NCBI GenBank assembly: GCA_947476405.1
Contig: CANJQG010000003.1
Coordinates: 4-64,003 of the forward strand
Length of the DNA stretch: 64,000 bases
DNA from: Thiotrichales bacterium
GTDB taxonomy: Bacteria > Pseudomonadota > Gammaproteobacteria > Francisellales > CACEW01
Direction of reading: 5' to 3'
Shown here piece by piece: positions 1 through 9,362 of this stretch. Under the pieces are notes generated by a model. That model ran no database searches. It saw only the letters and a list, made by a program, of their open reading frames with translations, and was not told the origin of the DNA. Made by a program: the position numbers and the translations under genes. Position 1 is the first letter of the stretch; each line of letters starts with the position of its first letter.

Positions 1-497
1 TATTTACTAACTGAGATCAAGTTCGCCACGACAGATGCCGCTTTGCTTAAGCTTTTGCCGCATCATGCCAAGTTGGATCTCAGTCTGGATTCACATTATA
101 AGGTCAAGCCCTCAGGCTGAGTAGATGCGGTTGTTTGAACGCATACAGTCTTTTTAGTTTTTTCATCACGAATCTGATCACGAATCGTTCCCTCGACATC
201 CAGAACAACCAGCTTATTTAATGTCATTTTTTTTGCAGCCTCTGTTTTTTCCCACATCAACAGCTGCATATTCGCATGCATCGTGAACGGTCATTCGCAT
301 TTGACCGTGAACGCTGATTCGCATTTCATCGTGAACGGTGTTTCGCATCGAACGTGAACGATTTTAGGCGTGAGCATGCGAAAGTGCGTTCACGATATGC
401 GCACACCAACAAATACCTGCCTTTGCTGGGCATTTAAGCCATAAAATGTTTGCTCCCATTTTTGAAGGAGCAAACAGTGCCAGCACAAGGAGTATCA

Positions 498-2015
498 ATG
501 CGTAAAATTAAAGAGGTTTTGCGGCTTACTTTTGATAAAAAAATGAGCCAACATAAAATCGCCAAAAGCCTGAGTTTGTCATCAGGAGTTATCAACAAGT
601 ATTTGCAACGCTTTAAAGACAGTGGTCTGCTCTGGCCCTTGCCGCCAGAGATAAGCGATACGACACTGCAAGACAAACTCAAAGCAGCGGCGCCATCCAC
701 GCCAAAAGCAGAGACATCTCAAATTGACTTCCCAAAGGTTCGGCAAGAGTTGGGGCGCAAGCATGTGACCTTGCAGCTTCTCTATGTTGAACTGGGTGGT
801 GAGGCTGGGCTAGGCTTGAGCTACTCTCAGTTCTGCCGTCGCTACCAAGACTGGCGGAAGCTCATCAAGCCCAGCATGCGTCAAACCCACCGACCAGGTG
901 ATAAAGTCTTTGTGGATTACGCAGGGACAACCATTGAGATCCTCTCTGAAGACGGCGAGATCCTTCAGGCGCAGATCTTTGTCGGGATTCTGGGTGCATC
1001 CAATTATACCTATGCAGAGGCAACGCTCTCGCAGAGTCTGCCTGATTGGATTGGCTCCCATGTTCGCATGTTTGAATTCTTCGGCGGCGTGCCGGATATG
1101 GTTGTTCCCGATAATCTCAAAAGCGGCATCAAGAAGACCTGCCGTTATGAGCCTGATATCAACCCGGCCTACGCACAGATGATCGAATACTACAGCTCAT
1201 CCTGTATGCCTGCACGGCCGTATACACCAAAGGATAAAGCCAAGGTGGAGAATGCCGTGGGGATCATCAGCCGCTGGATTATTGCGCGTCTGCGCAATGA
1301 GACTTTTATTGGACTCGCGCAACTCAATCGCCGCATTGCAGAATTGCTGGAGGACTTGAATCATCGGCCCTTTAAAAAGCTGCCAGGCTGCCGTCATTCG
1401 GCCTTTGTGGAGTTGGATCAGCCCGTGCTGAAGGCATTGCCTCTCAACCCTTATGAATTCAAGGAGTATAAAAAAGCACGGGTGAATATCGATTATCACA
1501 TTGAGCTGGATGGCCATTATTACAGCCTGCCGTATCGCTTCGTAAAAAAAGAAGTGGAAGTCTGGTTCAGCCGTAATATGGTGGAGTGCTATTTTGCAGG
1601 AGAGCTACTCGTCAAACACGTGCGGTCCTACGTCAAAGGTCAGCACAGCACGCGGCGTGAGCACATGCCCGAAGGGCATCGTGCCTACAGCGACTGGAGC
1701 CCTGAACGCTTCAAAACCTGGGCCCTGAGTATCGGCCCATCCACGGGCAAAGTGATCGAAGCATTGCTGATCTCAAGGCCTCATATTGAGCAGGCTTATC
1801 GCTCCTGCATGGGCGTTTTGGGTTTAGCAAAAAAACACTCCCCCATGCGGCTGGAGAGCGCCTGTCAGTATGCGCTCAAGCATCGCTTGCTGCGCTACAA
1901 ACAAATCAAAACTGTTTTGGAAACAAGCCTGGATTTGAAGAAATCATTTGTGCCGCAAACCATGCCCTTGCCCTTTGATCATGCCAATGTCAGAGGCTCT
2001 CAATACTACCATTAA
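498..2015 (+). CDS. istA: IS21-family transposase IstA
   Basis: ATG at 498 is preceded by AAGGAG (487-492). N-terminal HTH (MRKIKEVLRLTFDKKMSQHKIAKSL), DDE-type integrase core, and a length typical of IstA. The ORF-track start at 450 is probably too far upstream. Confidence 0.9.
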   Translation: MRKIKEVLRLTFDKKMSQHKIAKSLSLSSGVINKYLQRFKDSGLLWPLPPEISDTTLQDKLKAAAPSTPKAETSQIDFPKVRQELGRKHVTLQLLYVELGGEAGLGLSYSQFCRRYQDWRKLIKPSMRQTHRPGDKVFVDYAGTTIEILSEDGEILQAQIFVGILGASNYTYAEATLSQSLPDWIGSHVRMFEFFGGVPDMVVPDNLKSGIKKTCRYEPDINPAYAQMIEYYSSSCMPARPYTPKDKAKVENAVGIISRWIIARLRNETFIGLAQLNRRIAELLEDLNHRPFKKLPGCRHSAFVELDQPVLKALPLNPYEFKEYKKARVNIDYHIELDGHYYSLPYRFVKKEVEVWFSRNMVECYFAGELLVKHVRSYVKGQHSTRREHMPEGHRAYSDWSPERFKTWALSIGPSTGKVIEALLISRPHIEQAYRSCMGVLGLAKKHSPMRLESACQYALKHRLLRYKQIKTVLETSLDLKKSFVPQTMPLPFDHANVRGSQYYH

Positions 2016-2034
2016 CAATTAAGGATAAAAAATT

Positions 2035-2808
2035 ATGAAACAACACAGCATCAATCAAGAACAGCTTTTAAGTCGTCTGCGCAATCTGCGTCTGGCCAGC
2101 TTTGCCGAGGCTTTGAGTCAGCAATGGATAAAACCAATCGTCCAGGATTTAAGCTTTGAAGAACGCCTTGATCTGCTTCTATCCTACGAGATGACGGCCA
2201 GAGAAGGCCGCAAGATTAAACGCCTGGTGCAGCGTGCCTCGCTTCGTCAGGAAGCACGCGGCGAAGAGATTAGCTACGCCGCTGCACGCGGTATCAATAA
2301 ATCAGAGATTAACACTCTGTTACGCTGTGACTTCCTGGCTCAACGCCAGAATATCCTCATCACCGGCGCAACGGGTTGCGGCAAAAGCTATCTGGCCTGC
2401 GCCATCGGCCACGAGGCCTGCCGCCTAGGTTTTAGTGTCAGATATCTACTCCTGCCGCGCTTCATGGAAGAAATGGCCATGAGTCATTTGGACGGCAGTT
2501 TCCCCAGAGTGCTCAATGAACTGCTGAAGGTAGATTTACTCATTCTGGATGACTTTGCGCTGACGCCCATCAACAGCAAGCAACGCCAGGATTTGTTTAA
2601 TATTATTGAGGATCGCCATCAATTACGTTCAACCATTGTGACCAGTCAACTTCCGGTCAAGCATTGGCATGAATATCTGGGCGAACCCACTCTGGCTGAC
2701 GCCATTTTAGATCGTCTTTTAGAGAATGCTAATCGCATTGAATTGAAGGGGCATTCATTACGCAATAACAGCAAAAAGGAGGTGCAAAATGAGCAAAACG
2801 CCATTTGA
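2035..2808 (+). CDS. istB: IS21-family helper ATPase IstB
   Basis: Walker A GATGCGKS and Walker B LLILDD. Lies immediately downstream of istA with AAGGA upstream of its ATG. Confidence 0.9.
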   Translation: MKQHSINQEQLLSRLRNLRLASFAEALSQQWIKPIVQDLSFEERLDLLLSYEMTAREGRKIKRLVQRASLRQEARGEEISYAAARGINKSEINTLLRCDFLAQRQNILITGATGCGKSYLACAIGHEACRLGFSVRYLLLPRFMEEMAMSHLDGSFPRVLNELLKVDLLILDDFALTPINSKQRQDLFNIIEDRHQLRSTIVTSQLPVKHWHEYLGEPTLADAILDRLLENANRIELKGHSLRNNSKKEVQNEQNAI

Positions 2809-2974
2809 CGGATCGTGAACGATTTAGTATGATCTTTGAACCAGCAAGGACGGCTCATTTGTTAAACGTTCACGCTCTGAAAATCGTTCACGTTCAGATG
2901 CGAAACACCATTCACCATCGATGCGAATCCGCATCAACAGCCTAGCAAAAGCCTCTAGAAAAATCCAGCGATGC

Positions 2975-3949
2975 CTAGATCGACTCCAAAAATAACCTCG
3001 TGGCTTTACTCCAAAGGATACTAGCTTCGTGAGGAACCTGCTTGGGATAACCGCTCACATTCGTCACAATTACACCATTTCCTAAAACATGCGTTTCATC
3101 ATGATGACTACCCTCTACATTTCCGCCTTCTGATAACGCCATATCGACAATCACCGCCCCTGCTTTCATTTGATCAAGCGTAGCAGCAGGAATGAGTATA
3201 GGTGCACGTTGATTTGCAGCACGCGCACTGGTGATCACAATATCTGCCATTGCAACGGCGTTTTTTACTTTCTGTTGTGTTTCAGCAAGTGACGCTTGTT
3301 TATCCAACAACACCGCTCCACACCCCAATGCTTCGACCTCTTGACACTGCGCTGAATTGGTCACACAAACCCTGCAGAGCATCCCCTGCTGCAATGCCTC
3401 TTCCAGTGCAGCGTGACCTATCACGCCAAAACCGATCAAAACTGCGGTTTTAGCAGGATACGCGATGTGATTTAGCGCATCTTGCACAGCGAGCTTTCCT
3501 GCAATTTTACTCATTGCCGAGAGCAGATTCATGGGATCATTTGCCGCTAATGATAATTGATCCAGGCTATGAATGATCAGATGCTTCCGCTGGTATTCTT
3601 CAATATGAGGGGAAGCTTGTTCAAAAGGATCCAGCGCACCAATCATCATGATGCCGTCAGGAATAGCCGCATTTTCCAGGATCTCACGCTCTCGCGCAGG
3701 ACGCTTTGCTCGGACAATACAATCAATGTCTTGAAACAAATCCTGGAATTCAGTCATGGTTTCTGCTTTCAAAACGCGAATTTTGGCGCCTTTTTTCTGA
3801 TACAGAGCATCAGCAAACCCTGCCTCATTACCCGCAGTCGATTCGACAAAAACAGCATGCCCCTTTCCAACCAAAATACCCACATCTTCAGGTGTTAAGG
3901 CAACGCGCCGTTCGCCTGCACGGGTTTCTTTTACCAGCAAAATATTCAA
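2975..3949 (-). CDS. Alanine dehydrogenase / PntA domain-I family NAD(P)-binding dehydrogenase
   Basis: N-terminus MNILLVKETRAGERRVALTPEDV, Rossmann segment VLIGFGVIGHAA and C-terminal IVDMALSEGGNVEG resemble AlaDH/PNT family proteins. No pntB-like partner is present. Last gene of a three-gene minus-strand operon. Confidence 0.65.
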   Translation of the reverse strand: MNILLVKETRAGERRVALTPEDVGILVGKGHAVFVESTAGNEAGFADALYQKKGAKIRVLKAETMTEFQDLFQDIDCIVRAKRPAREREILENAAIPDGIMMIGALDPFEQASPHIEEYQRKHLIIHSLDQLSLAANDPMNLLSAMSKIAGKLAVQDALNHIAYPAKTAVLIGFGVIGHAALEEALQQGMLCRVCVTNSAQCQEVEALGCGAVLLDKQASLAETQQKVKNAVAMADIVITSARAANQRAPILIPAATLDQMKAGAVIVDMALSEGGNVEGSHHDETHVLGNGVIVTNVSGYPKQVPHEASILWSKATRLFLESI

Positions 3950-3985
3950 TCAGGCCTCCACTTAAAACCACAGCTTCCGCTAATT

Positions 3986-4711
3986 TTACCGGAATGTTAA
4001 GCCCCCATCTACAAAAAGCGTATTGCCTGTGCTGTACGTATTGGACATTAAATACAAGGCTGTCTGCGAGATTTCTTTTGGCATTGCAGGACGTTTAATG
4101 ACTTGTGATTGCGTCACTGCCTCAAATAAAGTCTGGCGTTGCGAGGCATCGAATCCCAAAGTGGTAAAAAGCTCCGTATCGACAATTCCAGGCGTAATCG
4201 TATTGACCCGTATAGGCGCTAACTCTACTGCCAAAGCACGCCCCAAGCCCTCTACTGCACTATTGATTGCTGCAGCCACGCTGGCCCCTGGAGTTTTGGG
4301 TAATTGACTATAAGCACCGGAATAAAAAGTGATAGAGCCTTGCGGACTTAAATAGGGCAATGCCGCTTGTGCTGCTTGGTATGGCCCCCAAAACTTACTC
4401 TCAAACATGGCTTTTGCATCTTCCATTGGGAGCGAGGAAAATTCTCCAAAACTAATTTCACTTGCGGTGATTTGAAGATGATCGAATGAACCGATTTGAG
4501 CAAAGAAGGCTTTGAGTTGACTCAGATCACGCGTGTCCACACTAAAGGTTTCAACCTGATGGTTTAAGCGTGCTTTTGCTTCAGCCAATTTCTCTTTACT
4601 CCGACTTGCAATAATGACTTTTGCACCTGCCTCTAAAGCGGTCTCGGCAATGGCAAAACCAATCCCTGAGCTTCCACCAATGATCACAATTTTTTTATTT
4701 TGAAGGAACAT
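3986..4711 (-). CDS. Short-chain dehydrogenase/reductase (SDR)
   Basis: N-terminal cofactor motif IIGGSSGIG and a 241-aa length typical of classical SDRs. Confidence 0.8.
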   Translation of the reverse strand: MFLQNKKIVIIGGSSGIGFAIAETALEAGAKVIIASRSKEKLAEAKARLNHQVETFSVDTRDLSQLKAFFAQIGSFDHLQITASEISFGEFSSLPMEDAKAMFESKFWGPYQAAQAALPYLSPQGSITFYSGAYSQLPKTPGASVAAAINSAVEGLGRALAVELAPIRVNTITPGIVDTELFTTLGFDASQRQTLFEAVTQSQVIKRPAMPKEISQTALYLMSNTYSTGNTLFVDGGLTFR

Positions 4712-4713
4712 GT

Positions 4714-5094
4714 TTAACTCCCAGTTTTAATATTTTGAAAAACTTCTTTGGCCAAAATCATGGCATTACAAGCAGTGGGAAACCCTACATAAATAGCTAG
4801 CTGCTCAATCATTGCAACAATTTCAGCTTCTCTTGCCCCCGCATTTAATGCTGCCTCTAAATGCGCTTTGAGCTGAGGACTTGCAGGTTGTGCAATGAGA
4901 CTGGCAATAATCGTCAATTCTCGGGTTTTCAAATCCAATGCGGGATTAGATAAGACTTCCCCAAAACCCCATTCAATGGTCCACTTGAGCATATTCGGTG
5001 AAATATCCCCAAATGCCTTCACGATTTCTTCGCCCGTATGCCCACCATGTAGCTGATTCAGCAACTTGAGGCCTTTGTCATATTGTGTACTCAT
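4714..5094 (-). CDS. Carboxymuconolactone decarboxylase (CMD/AhpD-like) family protein
   Basis: 126 aa. Segments LDLKTRELTIIASL and EIVAMIEQLAIYVGFP are typical of the CMD family. There is a 2-nt gap to the downstream SDR gene, so they form an operon. Confidence 0.7.
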   Translation of the reverse strand: MSTQYDKGLKLLNQLHGGHTGEEIVKAFGDISPNMLKWTIEWGFGEVLSNPALDLKTRELTIIASLIAQPASPQLKAHLEAALNAGAREAEIVAMIEQLAIYVGFPTACNAMILAKEVFQNIKTGS

Positions 5095-5158
5095 TTTTTT
5101 CTCCTATTGCATTATTGTTGAATTGACGCTATTTTATAAGATAAACAAGAACAAAAAT

Positions 5159-5177
5159 ATCCGTAAAAACTCCGGAG
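5159..5177. promoter_or_regulatory. Dyad ATCCG-N9-CGGAg, candidate operator (copy 1)
   Basis: ATCCGTAAAAACTCCGGAG. Its reverse complement matches the copy at 5955-5973 at 16 of 18 positions. Lies between the divergent CMD operon and luxR and overlaps the GGAG upstream of the putative luxR GTG start. Confidence 0.45.
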
Positions 5178-5182
5178 TCCCT

Positions 5183-5944
5183 GTGATTATCGATCCAAAC
5201 AAGCATATTTTCTTAAATTCGCATCAAGCAATTGATCAGATCGTTCAGCCCTTAAAGGATTTTTTTGGCATCACCAGCTTTATTTATCAAAAGAATTTTA
5301 ACGATGGCTCAGAAATCCGGCTCTCCAACCAACCCGCATGGATGCATTATTTTTACGAACACGAACTCTACAAACAAAGTCTGTTCGAGCGCCCTCCTTC
5401 TGAATTTATTAAATCCCGCCTGGTGTGGGCTGGCCTGACCGTTCACAACCCCATTTTAGATCAAGCACGTGAGTTTAATATCGATCATGGCATTACGCTT
5501 ATCGAACCCTGTGAAGACGGCTGTGAATTTTTTTTTATTGGCACCGAAGTCAACCATCCTGAAGTCCAATCCAAATACCTCGCCCAGCTTGATTTGATCG
5601 AACGTTTTTTGGATTATTTTCGCGAAAAAGCAAAACCCTTAATTGAAGAAGCCTACAAACAAAAAATCGTGATTCCTAACAAATTTGCAGCAGCCCCCAA
5701 ATGGTTTTGTTTGGAAGAAACCAACCGCAGTGAATTTTTGCAAAGCCTAAATTCTATTGAATTTACAGCACGAGAATTGGATTGTATGCGTTTATTGACT
5801 AAAGGCTACTCCATGAAAATGATTGCGCAAGAATTGGCGATTTCTCCCCGTACGGTGGAGACCTATCTTGAACACATCAAAGCCAAAACAGCCACGCATT
5901 CCAAAGGTGAGCTGGTTAAATTTTTATTGAAAATGCCGTTGTAA
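5183..5944 (+). CDS. LuxR-family transcriptional regulator (solo; no luxI-like gene seen)
   Basis: C-terminal LuxR/GerE HTH (ARELDCMRLLTKGYSMKMIAQELAISPRTVETYLEHIKAK). The start is uncertain. The GTG at 5183 follows GGAG, whereas the ORF-track start at 5066 overlaps the divergent CMD gene. Confidence 0.75.
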   Translation: MIIDPNKHIFLNSHQAIDQIVQPLKDFFGITSFIYQKNFNDGSEIRLSNQPAWMHYFYEHELYKQSLFERPPSEFIKSRLVWAGLTVHNPILDQAREFNIDHGITLIEPCEDGCEFFFIGTEVNHPEVQSKYLAQLDLIERFLDYFREKAKPLIEEAYKQKIVIPNKFAAAPKWFCLEETNRSEFLQSLNSIEFTARELDCMRLLTKGYSMKMIAQELAISPRTVETYLEHIKAKTATHSKGELVKFLLKMPL

Positions 5945-5954
5945 CTTTTCTCTG

Positions 5955-5973
5955 ATCCGGGTTTTTTACGGAT
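5955..5973. promoter_or_regulatory. Dyad ATCCG-N9-CGGAT, candidate operator (copy 2)
   Basis: ATCCGGGTTTTTTACGGAT, 11 nt after the luxR stop. Its centre is about 68 nt upstream of the aldo/keto reductase ATG. Same orientation relative to its target gene as copy 1 has relative to the CMD operon. Confidence 0.45.
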
Positions 5974-6031
5974 TTTTAAAAGATATTTCCTCGCGTAAAC
6001 TAGACTCACTCAATCATTAAAGGAAAAAGTC

Positions 6032-7021
6032 ATGCAATATCGTCAATTGGGGCATTCAACCCTGCAAATTTCTGCCATTGGATTAGGCTGTATGGGAATG
6101 TCTGAATTCTATGGTCCCACTCAGGACTCTGAATCCATCAAAGTGTTGCAACAGGCCGTCAATTTAGGCGTCAACTTCTTTGATACTGCTGATATGTATG
6201 GAGATGGTCATAACGAATGTCTGATTGGCAAAGCCTTAAAGCCCTACCGAGAACAGGTGGTGATTGCAAGCAAATTTGCGATTTGTCGTGATCCAACCAA
6301 TCCGCAAGCAAGAATGATTTGTGGTCGACCTGGATATGTCCGCAAGGCGTGTGAAGCCAGTTTAAAGCGCCTGGGGCTGGAACACATCGACCTTTATTAT
6401 CAGCATCGCGTTGACCCCACTGTCCCCATTGAAGACACAATCGGTGCCATGGCAGACCTGGTTAAAGAAGGAAAAGTTCGTTATCTGGGTTTATCGGAAG
6501 CCGGAATTGAGACTTTGCAACGTGCACATCAAGTTCATCCTATTAGCGCTTTCCAAATGGAGTATTCATTGTGGAGCCGCACCCCTGAACTGGTCCACCT
6601 TCCATTTTGCGAAGAACAGCGAATCAGTTTGGTGGCCTATAGCCCAATCGGACGCGGATTCTTAAGTGGGAGCATTCATTCTATCGATGATTTAGCGCCA
6701 GATGATTTTCGACGCAGCTTACCCCGGTTTCGGGGTGAGAATTTCAAAACTAATCTTCGCCTAGTGGAGGCAGTGAAAGATCTAGCCCTTACAAAAGGCT
6801 GTACCCCAGCGCAATTAGCTTTGGCTTGGGCATTAAGAAGTTCAAAACAAACTGTGGCTATTCCAGGAACAAAACGGCTTCGTTTTTTAGAAGAAAATGT
6901 CGCCGCGGCAACACTTCCATTCACTACAGCAGAACAGGAAACCTTAAATCAACTTTCTGCCGCAGTAAAAATCGCTGGAGATCGATATGGAGAAATTGGT
7001 ATGAAATTAGTGGGACTATAG
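6032..7021 (+). CDS. Aldo/keto reductase
   Basis: [37 protein letters not shown] and [10 protein letters not shown] are canonical AKR motifs. AAAGGA lies upstream of the ATG. Confidence 0.85.
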   Translation: MQYRQLGHSTLQISAIGLGCMGMSEFYGPTQDSESIKVLQQAVNLGVNFFDTADMYGDGHNECLIGKALKPYREQVVIASKFAICRDPTNPQARMICGRPGYVRKACEASLKRLGLEHIDLYYQHRVDPTVPIEDTIGAMADLVKEGKVRYLGLSEAGIETLQRAHQVHPISAFQMEYSLWSRTPELVHLPFCEEQRISLVAYSPIGRGFLSGSIHSIDDLAPDDFRRSLPRFRGENFKTNLRLVEAVKDLALTKGCTPAQLALAWALRSSKQTVAIPGTKRLRFLEENVAAATLPFTTAEQETLNQLSAAVKIAGDRYGEIGMKLVGL

Positions 7022-7110
7022 ACAAAAAACGCTCTAATTTGAGTTTCAGGAGCAGATATTTTTGATTTTGGCCCGCTCAAATTTATCTAATCACATTGGC
7101 AGAAGGGTTT

Positions 7111-7297
7111 AGCCAGGCTACTGACCAAGCTACTGACCAAGCTACCGACCAGGCTACTGACCAAGCTACCGACCAGGCTACTGACCAAGCTACTGACCAA
7201 GCTACCGACCAGGCTACTGACCAAGCTACTGACCAAGCTACCGACCAGGCTACCGACCAAGCTTACCGGACAAGCTACCGGACAGGCTACCGGACAA
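7111..7297. repeat. 12-bp tandem repeat (minisatellite), about 15 units of two sequence types
   Basis: Twelve head-to-tail units at 7117-7260, either GCTACTGACCAA or GCTACCGACCAG. Three related units follow at 7261-7297, GCT(T)ACCGGACA(A/G), the first carrying one extra T. Confidence 0.95.
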
Positions 7298-7455
7298 GCT
7301 GAGAGAGCCACTAACGACTCCACCAGAATATTAGCTATCTTATCGCAGAATCAAGCTGTGTTTTGAGCAAGCACATTTCAGAAATGCACATAAAATGTGT
7401 TAACATGCATATTAACAACCCTGCCAGCTTATATAAAACAGGAGATCATTAACAA

Positions 7456-7797
7456 ATGAGTACTTTTCCAGCCTGCCCAAAATGTAATTCTGAATACACC
7501 TACGAAGATAGTCTCCTTTTTATCTGCCCTGAGTGCGCGCATGAATGGGCGAAAATACCTGATGTAGTCGATTCCCATGAAGCAGTGGTTAAAGATAGCA
7601 ATGGCGTCATTCTTGCAGATGGTGATGACATTACGGTGATAAAAGACTTAAAAGTGAAAGGCACCTCATCCGTGATAAAAGTAGGCACCAAGGTCAAAGG
7701 TATACGACTGGTTGAGGGAGATCACAATATTGATTGTAAAGTCCCCGGCATCGGAGCCATGCAATTAAAATCGGAGTTCGTTAAAAAAATTCTCTAG
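7456..7797 (+). CDS. yjdM: PhnA/YjdM zinc-ribbon protein
   Basis: N-terminal CPKC...CPEC zinc ribbon and a C-terminal domain ending [13 protein letters not shown], typical of PhnA/YjdM. AGGAG lies upstream of the ATG. Confidence 0.85.
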   Translation: MSTFPACPKCNSEYTYEDSLLFICPECAHEWAKIPDVVDSHEAVVKDSNGVILADGDDITVIKDLKVKGTSSVIKVGTKVKGIRLVEGDHNIDCKVPGIGAMQLKSEFVKKIL

Positions 7798-7811
7798 CTA
7801 GAAGCAGTTGG

Positions 7812-8639
7812 TTAGTTGGATGACTGAGCGGGTGGCAAAAAGCTATCCCCTGTGATCACCGATTTGCCTGTTTTGGCTTCAAGTGCTTTACGTGCCTGCT
7901 TGGCAATCGCCCCGCCTTTTTTAGCAGCGACGCTATTCTCTGCCATGCCGGTAGCCTCATCAGTTTCAGCGATCTGGCGGGTGGAGAGTTCAGCAAGGGC
8001 GGTAAAAATCAATTCAGCCTCGCTCATGTGGTCACGCAAATTGTGAGTCTGCAAGCCCTTCATATCCTTATGAGCCTTCACGCTCACTCCAGACCATTCC
8101 TGATGGATTATATTGGTCAGGATAGCAAATTCCTGCCCCTCCTTGATATCGTGATCAGACCAGTAATCAGTGAGCTTGTTGCGGGTTTCCTGGCCTGTCA
8201 TGCGTTGCTGTATCCACTTTTCGCTACGCCCATGTTTTTGCCAGGTCTGACGAGCACGATTCAGCGACAGAGCTGGATCAGCCATTTCCTGCATGCGCTC
8301 ATAACCCACCTTGGCGAGCCAAAGCTTAATTGGTTCCGCCTTGGGGCTGGGGACGGATTGCACTAATCTCAGCAATGTTTCGGCAGTTGCTACATCTGTC
8401 AGACGCTGTTTGCCATCGTCAGCAGTCATTTTCAACTGGTAACAATTTGATACCAGTTGACTGCCCTCCTTATTCAGACGGCCTTTCAACACCTTCCAAT
8501 ATTTTCTAGCACCCTGATAATCCGGTTGTTGTGTCAGCACCTGTATGATGTCAATCACTGAGAATAGCCAAGTCTCCGTCGCCTCGTCATATACACGGCG
8601 AATCTGATGTTCTTCAAAAATAGCGGGTTGAATTGTCAT
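7812..8639 (-). CDS. BRO-N domain protein, DinD / antirepressor-like
   Basis: N-terminus FEEHQIRRVYDEATETWLFSVIDIIQVL is BRO-N-like. The central and C-terminal region resembles DNA-damage-inducible protein D-type proteins. Confidence 0.6.
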   Translation of the reverse strand: MTIQPAIFEEHQIRRVYDEATETWLFSVIDIIQVLTQQPDYQGARKYWKVLKGRLNKEGSQLVSNCYQLKMTADDGKQRLTDVATAETLLRLVQSVPSPKAEPIKLWLAKVGYERMQEMADPALSLNRARQTWQKHGRSEKWIQQRMTGQETRNKLTDYWSDHDIKEGQEFAILTNIIHQEWSGVSVKAHKDMKGLQTHNLRDHMSEAELIFTALAELSTRQIAETDEATGMAENSVAAKKGGAIAKQARKALEAKTGKSVITGDSFLPPAQSSN

Positions 8640-8818
8640 GGGGGGACTCCTATAGCTGGCAACTAAAAGCCTGGTTTCAGTTCGCTACCGCAAGCTGCAT
8701 CTTTCCGATTCAGTTGATGAGGTGGCCAGCGCTGCTGGAAATGAACGCAAGAGTATACCATAAGGGTAATCTCATTTCCCAGAATGTCCCTGCAAAGACA
8801 AATAAAAGGAATGTAATC

Positions 8819-9362
8819 ATGAAAGAAAGTAAAAAAATTAAACAATACTTACAAAAAGCAGCTCTTTCCCGATGTCAAATTCGGGTTTTCTCCAAGAAAT
8901 TTATGGGATATGAGGCGGTTTTATCTGGCATATAAAGATCTACCAAAACTGCGACGAGCTGTCGCAGAAATTCCATGGGGGCAAAATTTGCTCATTTTAA
9001 ATACGATCAAAGAAGAAGCCTGGTCGCGCGAAACCCTAAGAGAGCAAATTCAATCAAATGCCTATTGCTTTTTGCAACAGGAAGTCTGCTATAATTCTCT
9101 AACTACTTCCCCTATGGCTATAACCCGTAGGGCGCGGAGCCTCTTCGGGGGCTCTTGCTTTTTCTAGGGAATGGTTAAAGCGCAACACCAACGCAAAATT
9201 GGGTTGATTTTTCCCAATACGGATGCAAAGCGTCACCCCTCGCATCAATTGACCCACCATGCTAACTTTATCAAACGCATCAGACCTGGCGCGCTGATTA
9301 AGGCACAACTTCCCTTAAAAATTCCTGGAACCGAAATTGTGAAACCCACGGCTTGGGGCTAG
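8819..9362 (+). pseudogene. Collapsed relic of a DUF1016 / YhcG-type PDDEXK nuclease gene
   Basis: Recognisable pieces are an N-terminal stub (MKESKKIKQYLQKAALS), a mid segment in a second frame (FGFSPRNLWDMRRFYLAY...IPWGQNLLIL...WSRETLREQIQSNAY) and a C-terminal piece in that second frame (KIGLI...QLPLKIPGTEI). The catalytic core is missing and about 100 bp of hairpin-rich DNA sits in its place. Confidence 0.5.
9137..9164 (+). terminator. GC-rich hairpin with UUCG loop followed by a T-run (terminator-like)
   Basis: GAGCCTC-TTCG-GGGGCTC followed by TTGCTTTTTC. A second 8-bp hairpin (CCCTATGG...CCGTAGGG) lies immediately upstream, ending at about 9132. Confidence 0.45.

Larger units (their letters stand above)
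265..2933 (+). mobile_element. IS21-family insertion sequence, apparently intact
   Basis: Adjacent intact IstA and IstB ORFs. Imperfect terminal inverted repeats start TGCATATTCGCAT at 265 and end ATGCGAATCCGCA at 2933. Both ends carry several subterminal CGTGAACG-containing repeats (about 283-370, and inverted at about 2810-2900). The element is flanked by the 8-bp direct repeat TCAACAGC (257-264 and 2934-2941), consistent with a target-site duplication. Confidence 0.85.

Noticed and set aside
96-281. Small minus-strand ORF next to the IS21 left end containing LVVLDVEGTI, reminiscent of HAD motif I.
   Set aside because: Only about 43 codons follow the ATG and there is no further HAD motif. 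That is not enough to call a gene or a pseudogene.
7111-7297. Possible CRISPR array.
   Set aside because: The units are contiguous 12-mers with no spacers, and no cas genes are present in the window.
7087-7323. ORF-track proteins (ATDQ)n on plus and (LVGS/LVSS)n on minus running through the minisatellite.
   Set aside because: Both open only with TTG or GTG, have no Shine-Dalgarno sequence, and exist because a 12-bp unit keeps all frames open. They are treated as repeat artefacts, not genes.
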